From an uncultured Oligoflexus sp. (GTDB lineage: Bacteria > Bdellovibrionota_B > Oligoflexia > Oligoflexales > Oligoflexaceae), in contig CAXSGP010000055.1 of assembly GCA_964236955.1 (NCBI GenBank), positions 9,379-30,542 on the forward strand: a stretch of 21,164 nucleotides of DNA. The letters run 5' to 3'. Positions 1-8,163 of this stretch are shown here, piece by piece (the stretch's first letter is position 1; every line of letters starts with the position of its first letter). A program made the position numbers and the translations under genes. Below the pieces are notes generated by a model. That model did no database searches. It saw only the letters and a list, made by a program, of their open reading frames with translations, and was not told where the DNA came from.

Positions 1-990
1 CTCGTGGGCGAGTCCATTCGCCAACTTGCCAAAAGCCGCTGCCTTCATTGCCCGCACTGACAGGCGCTTTTCCCGCAAAATATTTTCTTCAAGCGTTTTC
101 TCGTAGGACACATCGACGAAAAAACCATCCCAAACCACCCCTTCTTCGTTGCGGTGCGGCCTGGCAATGACTCTTATCCATTTAATTTCCCCTCCAGTCG
201 CCACCATGCGGCCGTCCCAGTGTAAGTCGCTCAAATCAGCGGCAGACACAGCGATCTTTGCGGCCAGATCAGGCTGGTCCTGGGGATAGGCAGCCCGATT
301 TAAACAGGGTGGGTTGGCCCTGGTCCAAGAACTTTCGACACCAAGGATCCGTGCGCCACCCTCGCTGAGATAGATGAGCTCAAAAGTCTTGTCTGGCTTT
401 AGCACGCAGCGAAACAGGCCACCGGGAAAATTATCGCTAACGCCGTCCAGCACATACTTTTGTTCTCTTAACTTCTGTTCGCTTTCCTCCAACAAACGTA
501 CTTTTTGAGTCAATTCCATTTGCGTAACCACCTGTTTGGCGAGTATCGCAAGGGCACTTTTTTGAGCGGCTGTCAAGACCCGGGGAACATTGTCAATGAC
601 AAAAAGTGACCCAAGACGCACCCCATCGGCAAGGATAAGAGGCGCGCCTGCGTAGAACTGAAAATTGTGAGGTCCGGCTACCATGGGATTTTCAGCAAAT
701 CGCTCATCATCCCGGGCATTGCACACTTGAAATATATCGTCCGAACAAATGGTATAGGCGCAGAATGCGATATTCCGTGAAGTTTCGATCAGATCGAGAC
801 CAATCGAAGCCTTGAACCACTGGCGATTCTGGTCGACCAGACTTATCCCGCTGATCGGGGCAGCACACAATCCGGCAGCTAATGCAACCAGGTCCTGATA
901 TACGGATTCTGGCAAAGTGTCGAGGATCCGCATGTCTTGAAGAGCAGCAAGTCTTTTGTCCTCGATTGGAACATCACATATCTTATTCAA
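1..990 (-). CDS. GAF-PAS sensor histidine kinase, 5' part (continues beyond left edge)
   Basis: Absent from the ORF track; translated by hand and open with no stop from TTG at 990 (GGAGG just upstream) to base 1. GAF motifs: RLAALQDMRILDT, SLVDQNRQWFKA, AFCAYTI, DERFAENPMV, FYAGAPL. A PAS-like segment follows (WIRVIARP...VVWDGFFVDVS). The window edge reads GKLANGLAHE, the start of a HisKA H-box. Confidence 0.88.
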   Translation of the reverse strand, partial: MNKICDVPIEDKRLAALQDMRILDTLPESVYQDLVALAAGLCAAPISGISLVDQNRQWFKASIGLDLIETSRNIAFCAYTICSDDIFQVCNARDDERFAENPMVAGPHNFQFYAGAPLILADGVRLGSLFVIDNVPRVLTAAQKSALAILAKQVVTQMELTQKVRLLEESEQKLREQKYVLDGVSDNFPGGLFRCVLKPDKTFELIYLSEGGARILGVESSWTRANPPCLNRAAYPQDQPDLAAKIAVSAADLSDLHWDGRMVATGGEIKWIRVIARPHRNEEGVVWDGFFVDVSYEKTLEENILREKRLSVRAMKAAAFGKLANGLAHE

Positions 991-1228
991 GGTCGCCTCC
1001 ACTTGGGACCATCATTACCGTCAAGGTTTCGGCTCCCTAGGCAAATTGTCAATCGTGAACCCTAGGGTCGACACTTGAGCAGCCTGGCAACTTTGAGCCA
1101 AAGCACAAAAACAGTCGCACGTTTCAACCGCAGTCGATTCAGTATACGCCCATTTGATGAGACGTACCTCTCTTTCTAAGTTTGCCTGATTTGATTTTGA
1201 TATTCAAAACATACAGGGTATCAACCCC

Positions 1229-1798
1229 TTACGGCTCGGGTGCGCCTTTTTCAGAGTCCTCGTCCTTTTGCTTGGCATCCTTTCGGGGCACCTTCATTTC
1301 AAATGAAATCGGCGCCTCGTCTCCGGCAGGAGCATCAGGATAGCGAATGTCATCCGCTGTTGCCAGGTCCCCATCGAGTCCGGCTGATACAATCGCAAAG
1401 GTACTGCCATGAGTCGCGGTATAGGTCATGGCATTGCCCCAGGGATCAAGGATTTTATCCTTTTCTGTATAAGGTCCTCGCCATCGCTTCGCGCTTTGGG
1501 GACTTTCAAGCAGGGCTTCTAAGCCCTCTTCCGTGGTAGGATAACGATTATTATCGAGCTTATATAAGCTCAGGCTTTTCGCCAAAATTTTCTGATTAAT
1601 TTTCGCCAAATCGACTTTCGCTTCGTCGTTTTTACTGAGAACATTAGTCATGATGATCGTCATGATCGTGCCGATAAGCGCGATCACAATGAGGATTTCA
1701 ATTATGGTCATCCCACTCTCGCCGGCATTGCCAGGACAATGAATAGAAAATAGAAACTTTTTCCGGTAACGGCTGGCCAATACTTTGAGCTGACGCAT
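1229..1798 (-). CDS. gspG: Type II secretion major pseudopilin GspG-like protein
   Basis: Prepilin site G|MTIIEILIVIALIG with E5; LYKLDNNRYPTTEEGLEAL; WRGPY; DPWGN; SAGLDG...DDI. Start placed at ATG 1798 (GGAG upstream) rather than 1855. Confidence 0.9.
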   Translation of the reverse strand: MRQLKVLASRYRKKFLFSIHCPGNAGESGMTIIEILIVIALIGTIMTIIMTNVLSKNDEAKVDLAKINQKILAKSLSLYKLDNNRYPTTEEGLEALLESPQSAKRWRGPYTEKDKILDPWGNAMTYTATHGSTFAIVSAGLDGDLATADDIRYPDAPAGDEAPISFEMKVPRKDAKQKDEDSEKGAPEP

Positions 1799-1995
1799 AG
1801 GGCTCCCAGGAGTGCTAAGTCTGTACAGAAACCAATCATCCCAATCTGGTGGCATACTAATATGTTATGCAGCCTATTTCTAGGTCTTCTAACGGGACGT
1901 TTACAAAATTGAAGGAACAAAACAAAGTTTTGTTAAATTGACCTGGATAATGCGTATGAGTTCTCAGTTTCCCGCAGACTGAGAGTCGAACGAAA

Positions 1996-2033
1996 ATAGA
2001 TCGTCCCCCTTAAGCTAAGTTAAAGGGGACGAT
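1996..2033 (-). terminator. Probable intrinsic terminator of cheW-MCP
   Basis: Inverted repeat ATCGTCCCC (2000-2008) / GGGGACGAT (2025-2033) with an inner TTAA/TTAA stem, about 50 nt past the MCP stop. Followed by CTATTTT on the minus strand. Confidence 0.7.
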
Positions 2034-2084
2034 TATTGGCGAAGCGTTTATCAGACCTGTGACGCTGTCTTCAATCGAATGGTT

Positions 2085-3851
2085 TTATATATCCTTAAAC
2101 CTTGGGTCATCTTCGGATGGCGCAACATCGCCGCCGGAAACCATCTTCAGGGTCGGCACCGCCGCATGGCTGCGGGCGATGGGCTTTTTTGCCCCCAAAT
2201 GAACGACATTGCCGGATTTGAACTTCGGATTGCTAAGGGTGGCCTTACGAAGCGGCGCTATTTCACGAATGGGCTGCTCGGGAGCCTTATGGGACGGGTC
2301 GCCCCCCCGGATCGTTAAAATCAAGGTCTGCACCATGCTCTGCATGCTTTCCGCTTGAGACGAAAGTTCTTCGGCGGCACTGGCCGCTTCTTCTGAAACG
2401 GCTGCGTTCTGCTGGGTCATTTGATCGAGCTGCGCAACAGCCTTGTTGATCTCCGAGATACCACGGGCCTGCTCATCGCTGGCGGTCGAAATTGAATGGG
2501 ACATCTGGTAGACGACAGTCACTTTACCGACAATTTCGTTCAAGACGGTTTCACATTCGGCTGCTACCTTTGAGCCAAGCTCAACCTTCGACTTACTCTC
2601 CGCCACTAATTTTTCCACAGAAGTCTTGGTAAATTTAACGATGCTCTCAACTTTCTCGATGCTCGAATCGAGCATGCTCGAGATTTCTTTGGCGGCATTG
2701 CCACTCATCTGAGCCAGGTTGCCGACTTCTTCGGCCACCACGGCAAAGCCCTTGCCGTGTTCGCCTGCACGGGCCGCTTCCACCGAGGCGTTAAAGGAGA
2801 GCAGCTTGGTTTGAAATACGATGTCGTTGATGACCTTGGTCTTGTTGCCGATTTCGGCAATGACCTTGACGATCTCCGAGATTTTAAGGTTTGAGTCATT
2901 GGTCTGGATCATGATATTGACGTTGGCGGCATCGATTTCCTTCATCGCCCGCTTCATTTCTTCGACAACCTTTTTACCGCGAGCGGCACTATCGCCACTG
3001 GACTGAGATGATTTTAAGGTCTCTTGGGCGCTTTCGGCATTTTTTTGGACCATGGAATTCATTTCCTCGACTGCGGACGAAGTTTCCTCAAGGGAGGAAG
3101 CCTGCTCAGTCGCCCCTTGCGAAAGTTCCTGGGAGGACGCTGCAATCTGCAGCGCCGCTGATGTCAGCTGAATCGAACTCTCATTAAGTCCTTCGATAAC
3201 TCTATTGATGGACTTATTTAAAGCGCGCAGGATCAGTGAAGCCAGGAGCAAGCCAAGAATGACCGCGACCGCTGTCAGGGCCATCATCATAAATTTGGAA
3301 TCCTCATAGAGCTTATCCGTATTTTTTCTTTCTGCGTCTAAAATATCGACATTGCGTTTTATGATGATGTCCATCTGCCCGTCAAATTTATCCAGAAAGT
3401 CACGGCCTGCATTCTTCGATACGGTAAACGCCTCAGTATCCAGGTTTAGTTTTGCAAGACGGCGAACTTCCAAATTTGCCGTATGCCAACTGTCAAGATA
3501 TTTGGTGGCTTCCGTAATATTGGCACGGCTTACCTCCAGGACGATCCTGTTAAGATCACTTAAAAGGGCGCGGGCCTCTGCATCAAGTTCATCCATCTTT
3601 GAAATAATCTTAGCAATCTCTTCGGCGTTTTGCTCAAGGATGAGGCCTTTCTCTTGGTTTTTGATCTCATTGGTAATGGCATCTAACGACTTGGCGATGA
3701 CAACGCGTGGGACATTCTTAGTGATGATGGAGTCAATGGCCGCATGAAAATCGGTCATTTTCGAAATACCAAGGACCGCCACGGCCATGATACAGCCAAC
3801 CAGAATGAACAGGATGCCGTGAAATTTTGTACTTAAACTCAGATTTTTCAT
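2085..3851 (-). CDS. Methyl-accepting chemotaxis protein (two TM helices, periplasmic four-helix-bundle-type sensor)
   Basis: Signalling hairpin IVFQTKLLSFNASVEAARAGEHGKGFAVVAEEVGNLA; methylation helices (EQASSLEETSSAVEE, QQNAAVSEEAASAAEEL); two hydrophobic segments. Start at ATG 3851 (GAGGA upstream) avoids overlap with cheW. Confidence 0.95.
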   Translation of the reverse strand: MKNLSLSTKFHGILFILVGCIMAVAVLGISKMTDFHAAIDSIITKNVPRVVIAKSLDAITNEIKNQEKGLILEQNAEEIAKIISKMDELDAEARALLSDLNRIVLEVSRANITEATKYLDSWHTANLEVRRLAKLNLDTEAFTVSKNAGRDFLDKFDGQMDIIIKRNVDILDAERKNTDKLYEDSKFMMMALTAVAVILGLLLASLILRALNKSINRVIEGLNESSIQLTSAALQIAASSQELSQGATEQASSLEETSSAVEEMNSMVQKNAESAQETLKSSQSSGDSAARGKKVVEEMKRAMKEIDAANVNIMIQTNDSNLKISEIVKVIAEIGNKTKVINDIVFQTKLLSFNASVEAARAGEHGKGFAVVAEEVGNLAQMSGNAAKEISSMLDSSIEKVESIVKFTKTSVEKLVAESKSKVELGSKVAAECETVLNEIVGKVTVVYQMSHSISTASDEQARGISEINKAVAQLDQMTQQNAAVSEEAASAAEELSSQAESMQSMVQTLILTIRGGDPSHKAPEQPIREIAPLRKATLSNPKFKSGNVVHLGAKKPIARSHAAVPTLKMVSGGDVAPSEDDPRFKDI

Positions 3852-3888
3852 CGAATTCCTCGTATATTTTTTATTCAAAAACGACTGT

Positions 3889-4419
3889 CTAGCCCGCTTG
3901 AAGATCACTGTTCTGACTTTTCATGGCATCCAAATCCTCAGGACTGAGCACCTTTTCGATATCAAGCGTCAGAATGAGGCTTTTATTGACTCGAGCGACT
4001 CCGGTGATATAGGCGGTATCGATCGAACTTTCGATTTCCGGCGCCTCGCTAATTTGATCACGGGAAATAGCCAATACAGCGTCAACCGAATCGATGATGA
4101 TACCCATGCAGACGCTGTCGAGTTCGAGTATGATAATCGCCGTTTCCGGGCTTATGGGGGCTGCGGCTACACGTAATTTCAAACGCAGGTCTATGATGGA
4201 AATGACCTGCCCTCGCAAATTCATAATGCCACTAAAATAGTGCGGGGTGCTGGGTACACTGGTAATCGGACAGTAGGCGATGACTTCTTTGACTTTGGGT
4301 AAGGGAACACCGTAACTTTCCTTAGCCAGAGTAAAAGTTAAAAACCGCTGATCGGCGATGCTGGCCTTGTTATTTTGCGGCTGCGAGCCGACCGCCCTTT
4401 TGATTTCACTCAGTGTCAT
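3889..4419 (-). CDS. cheW: Chemotaxis coupling protein CheW
   Basis: FLTFTLAKESYGVPL..VKEVI, ITSVP..P.YFSGIMNLRGQVISIIDL, GIIIDSVDAV; AAAGGA RBS; directly upstream of the MCP. Confidence 0.95.
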   Translation of the reverse strand: MTLSEIKRAVGSQPQNNKASIADQRFLTFTLAKESYGVPLPKVKEVIAYCPITSVPSTPHYFSGIMNLRGQVISIIDLRLKLRVAAAPISPETAIIILELDSVCMGIIIDSVDAVLAISRDQISEAPEIESSIDTAYITGVARVNKSLILTLDIEKVLSPEDLDAMKSQNSDLQAG

Positions 4420-4798
4420 TCGGTTCCTTTCATTGCCTAAACAGTGGCTGGCCCCTGCCTAACATGGCTTATCCGCACAGGACTCAATTCGAGCCCGCTC
4501 CAGTGACCGCTTAGCCTGTCAAAACGGGCCGCATCATCAAGTCCAGAATCTGGAGCAAAGGCATAGATCCCAAAGGCATCCTCGTCATTGCGCGCCAATA
4601 CTTGAAGTTTTTCTCCTTAAATATCTGTTGATTTCCAAAAAAGTCCATCCGTTGATAGACCTTAAACCGCGTCGCTCCGGCTTCCAGAGTCTCATGCAGG
4701 TGGCGAAAAAGACTTGAAGTCATGTCCCTTCCAAGGCCGTTCGGCTATTTTCCCCCAAACCAAGACGGCCCAGTGGGGCCATAGACAGGAGCAAGGCA

Positions 4799-4828
4799 TT
4801 GAAATATGAAATTAAAATCATTTTTCAA
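4799..4828. promoter_or_regulatory. AT-rich imperfect inverted repeat, possible operator in the divergent cheW / acyltransferase intergenic region
   Basis: TTGAAATATGA (4799-4809), 8-nt spacer, TCATTTTTCAA (4818-4828): 10 of 11 positions complementary. Confidence 0.3.
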
Positions 4829-5089
4829 GGAAGCCACGCTGCCGGGTGGTCCGAGCAGGCAGGCCAAGCCGTTCTCATTGCCCTCGGAGGCTGGATCATT
4901 GGGAAGAAAACGTGGAAAATGCAACGATAACAAAACTTTTGTTTCGGTCGCTGATGACAGCTTTCATTCCCGTCGAATCCTGAAGCCGGTCGGATCAGCA
5001 AAATTCAATTTCGAACATCTTAAACTTGATGGTAAGGACACGAATTGCATCATTCATACCTTTGAAAAAAATCTGTGGAGGGAGACATT

Positions 5090-6343
5090 ATGACTCGCGG
5101 ACGACTTCTGGGAGGCATGGAGCGCCTGTTCTTCCAACAGAATACAGTGGGCTCCTGCAATATGTGCAGTATCCTCTTTTATGAGGGAAGGATTGATCTG
5201 AAGACGCTCCCGGGGGCGCTACAGGAGCTTCAGAAGGCCTTTCCCCTTCTCACGGCGCGCATCGCTTCGGATCCTTTTCTGCGATTTGAAGAGACCAACG
5301 ACAGGATCCCCTATTGCGTGGTCAAGCGGGATCATGAAGAACACTGGCGCTATCTGGTTCGAAGCGAAGTCCGGCGCCAATATAATGAAGGACGCATCTT
5401 TATCACTATCGTCGAAGGCGAGGAAAAAGGTGAAATCCTGGTCGCTGTCGATCACACCGTAGTCGATGCGAAATCCCTTTATGTTGTCTGTCAATATTTG
5501 ATAGCGGCCATGCATGGCCGGCCGTTGGCATATGTCCCAGTAGGAGACTGCTGGGAAAAGCGAGTGACAAGAGAGTATCGCTCATTTAGGGGATTGATCC
5601 GAAAATTTAAATTCATTCGAAAAATATTTAACAGGGCGCCCCGGCAATCCCTATCCTTTGGTAAAGATGCCCTGACTCAAAGGGTGGAGTCTTTCGGCAT
5701 TCAATTCGATAAATCCACCGTGGCTAGGATCAAAGCTCAGGCAGACCATCATAACACCAACCTCAATGCTTTTTTCTGTGCCGCGGCGATGCTGGAGTCA
5801 TTCGCATTATTCAGCGAGACCTCTTCCGGGGTTGCATGCCTCAATACCCCCGTGAGTACCCGTGACATGATCGTTCCCCCTGCACCACCTGTGGAGATGG
5901 GAATGTTTCTTTCCACCCTATTGCAATGGCATGCGCTTGATCGGAGCACCGATATCTGGGAACTTTCCAGAAATATTAGCCAAACCATTCGAAATGAACG
6001 GATTGCCGGCGATCCTATCGCGCTGGGTCTGCTGGCCAAGGGCCCCATGCGCCCGACCCCGCCCAAACCCGATAAATTCCGGCAACGCCTTGCTCAGTCC
6101 CTTACCGTCTCCAACCCAGGGCGTTTGGATTCCTTTGAAGATCTACCCAACGCCCGTATCGTTGCTTATCGAAATCTAGGATCCCTCTGGCCGCAGGAAA
6201 GTATAACCGTAGTAGTCTTGGGATATGGCGATTTTCTCTGCATCGATGGGGAGATCTCCGTGGAAAGGTTGGGGCATATCCCGAATGCGGCTGAAGGACT
6301 CGCCAAGGGCATTCAGCGCCGCGCGCTCCTAGCGATTCAATAG
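5090..6343 (+). CDS. Stand-alone condensation-domain / PapA5 / alcohol acetyltransferase-like acyltransferase
   Basis: N-terminal RLLGGMERLF; FPLLTARI; HxxxD catalytic-type motif VDHTVVDAKS; PVSTR; C-terminal LTVSNPG. Strong RBS GGAGGGAG before ATG 5090. Confidence 0.72.
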   Translation: MTRGRLLGGMERLFFQQNTVGSCNMCSILFYEGRIDLKTLPGALQELQKAFPLLTARIASDPFLRFEETNDRIPYCVVKRDHEEHWRYLVRSEVRRQYNEGRIFITIVEGEEKGEILVAVDHTVVDAKSLYVVCQYLIAAMHGRPLAYVPVGDCWEKRVTREYRSFRGLIRKFKFIRKIFNRAPRQSLSFGKDALTQRVESFGIQFDKSTVARIKAQADHHNTNLNAFFCAAAMLESFALFSETSSGVACLNTPVSTRDMIVPPAPPVEMGMFLSTLLQWHALDRSTDIWELSRNISQTIRNERIAGDPIALGLLAKGPMRPTPPKPDKFRQRLAQSLTVSNPGRLDSFEDLPNARIVAYRNLGSLWPQESITVVVLGYGDFLCIDGEISVERLGHIPNAAEGLAKGIQRRALLAIQ

Positions 6344-6621
6344 CTGTGGCGAGGACTGGGGCCGGAGCGGCCTTGATCTTTATTTCACGATCTACCAACC
6401 TCCATTCTTACCGCCCTAAACTATTCATGCCGGGATTGCGACTCATAGGGGACTTTATTAAACCCGACTTGATGGAACCGCACTAATCCGTCCCCAATAA
6501 TTTCTATAAGCATTTGAAACATTGGGTTTTTTCAAGTCTCATAAAATTCCCCTCATGAAATGCGGGGTCTGGCACGAACAGAAGTTTGTGTGTGGCTCAA
6601 TAACAAAATGGAATTAAATTC

Positions 6622-6921
6622 ATGTCAAAAACCAATCCAATCAAGCTTGAGAAAAATTCATCAGGAGCCAAGTCTAATCATGACCAAGCCTGGCCCAACA
6701 AAATGTGGCACATCGTGCGCGAAGACATCCTTTCCAAGCGCGTGAACGACACAATTGATGGCGCGACTCTGCGATATGAGAAGGCCTTGGCCGACGTGCG
6801 CGCTCGTTTCCCCGACACGATTGATAAAGTGAAGAACAACGTGACGCCGTTGATCCATTCCTTTAACAGCAAAAAGCAGACATTGACTAAAAACTATAAG
6901 AAAAAGTTTAAGTCTGCTTGA
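6622..6921 (+). CDS. Small basic hypothetical protein (99 aa)
   Basis: Clean ORF filling the gap, Lys-rich C-terminus, followed by a hairpin. No recognisable motif. Confidence 0.55.
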   Translation: MSKTNPIKLEKNSSGAKSNHDQAWPNKMWHIVREDILSKRVNDTIDGATLRYEKALADVRARFPDTIDKVKNNVTPLIHSFNSKKQTLTKNYKKKFKSA

Positions 6922-6945
6922 TTAGGACTCTCTTACACCGACTTT

Positions 6946-6977
6946 CCTCAGGGGATTGTCCTTTGAGGTTGACTTTA
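6946..6977 (+). terminator. Possible terminator after the 99-aa ORF
   Basis: CCTCAGGGGA-TTG-TCCTTTGAGG forms a 10-bp stem with two G-U pairs on the + strand, followed by TTGACTTT. Confidence 0.4.
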
Positions 6978-7173
6978 AATGAGGCTTTTGAGCAAGGAAG
7001 TTTGTGCCAGGCGCTAAAATCATCGACACGGAAATTACCCATAGAGACCATAATGGAAGTGAAAAGTGATTGGTTGTCGCCCTCTGTAAAGAGCTAGGGA
7101 TGTCTCCATAACTCATCGGTAAAAGGAGTGCTCTATAGAATAAACTTTAATATTACCCTCGATTTTCGACACT

Positions 7174-7198
7174 GGCGAATCCTCTGGATTCGCCTTTT
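7174..7198 (+). terminator. Intrinsic terminator-like hairpin, possibly bidirectional
   Basis: Perfect 9-bp stem GGCGAATCC-TCT-GGATTCGCC followed by TTTT on +; lies 38 nt beyond the stop of the minus-strand gene at 7233. Confidence 0.6.
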
Positions 7199-7232
7199 GC
7201 ATCGTGACGGCATTTTTTTCTGAATGCACAAT

Positions 7233-8093
7233 TTAAGGGATTTTGATGAACTCACGCGCACGGTTTATAGACCCTTCCAGATCGATAAAAGCCCGGTCGA
7301 TGTCATTGCGATGGACGATCCAATCGCCCGGCGGCGAGTAGAGTAGTTGTTTGAGTTTGGTGACCGCTACCGAACGGTTGCCGGCAGCCGTGCTGAGATA
7401 GGTACGAAATATGGATTGGCGTTTTATGTCGAGAGTCGCGATTTTGCCGCGCAAGACCTTGAGTTCGGCTGCCAAGGCCTCCAAACGGCTTTGCATACGG
7501 TTTTCATAGCCCAACAGCTCTGCGCTTTTTAAGTAAGGTGTCACGACACCCGGTCCACCTTTAGAGGGTGACGAGTCGCCGGGCAGTCCAGAAGCTTTCG
7601 ATGGGGCATTTGTTTCGGAGCTTGCCGGCTCCATCCCTGCCGCCGACTTTTCCCTAGGTACATAAGGAACCGCCTGCACAATGGGTAAGGCCCGAAGAGA
7701 TGTTTTGGGTGACTCCTGAATCTTTAAAGGCGTGGCAGGGCTATTGGCTCCCGCTCCCGAAGGGGCAGCCACCGGAACGACCTCTGCGGGGTTCAAAATT
7801 GACGATTCCACCGGAGGGTATCCAGGAGGCATAGGCGCTGGTTCAGCCAGCGGTACGGGAAGGGTATGAGGTTCATTTTCGCTCGGAAGGAGATTAGCTT
7901 TTTCCGCTTCACCATCGCGTTCGGCATCCGGAATTTCATCGCCATCTGGATTATCAAGCCCTTCATCCTTTCCTGATACTCCGCTGGCATCGGCGGGCGT
8001 ATCAGGGAAAGCAGTCTGAGCGATCAATTGCTGATCAAGCAGGCTAAGACCCAGGATGATCAGGCTAGTAAAATTCACAAGTTTTAAACTCAT
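7233..8093 (-). CDS. Secreted hypothetical protein (signal peptide, acidic/Pro-rich disordered region, C-terminal coiled coil)
   Basis: Hydrophobic N-terminus ending LIA-Q; about 160 aa of P/A/S/E/D-rich low-complexity sequence; heptad pattern RMQSRLEALAAELKVLRGKIATL; AAGGAG next to the start. Confidence 0.7.
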   Translation of the reverse strand: MSLKLVNFTSLIILGLSLLDQQLIAQTAFPDTPADASGVSGKDEGLDNPDGDEIPDAERDGEAEKANLLPSENEPHTLPVPLAEPAPMPPGYPPVESSILNPAEVVPVAAPSGAGANSPATPLKIQESPKTSLRALPIVQAVPYVPREKSAAGMEPASSETNAPSKASGLPGDSSPSKGGPGVVTPYLKSAELLGYENRMQSRLEALAAELKVLRGKIATLDIKRQSIFRTYLSTAAGNRSVAVTKLKQLLYSPPGDWIVHRNDIDRAFIDLEGSINRAREFIKIP

Positions 8094-8163
8094 CTCCTTT
8101 TCGTCCCTTCACCCTTAGGGTTGATTTACAGCTCCCGGCTCGCGATCCCCTTCGTATCCTTCG

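Noticed and set aside
4806..5093. 95-aa plus-strand ORF overlapping the acyltransferase start
   Set aside because: No clear RBS or recognisable motif, and it spans the likely promoter region; probably spurious.
6570..6590. TGGCACG as a sigma54 -24 box upstream of the 99-aa ORF
   Set aside because: No TTGC -12 element at the required distance.
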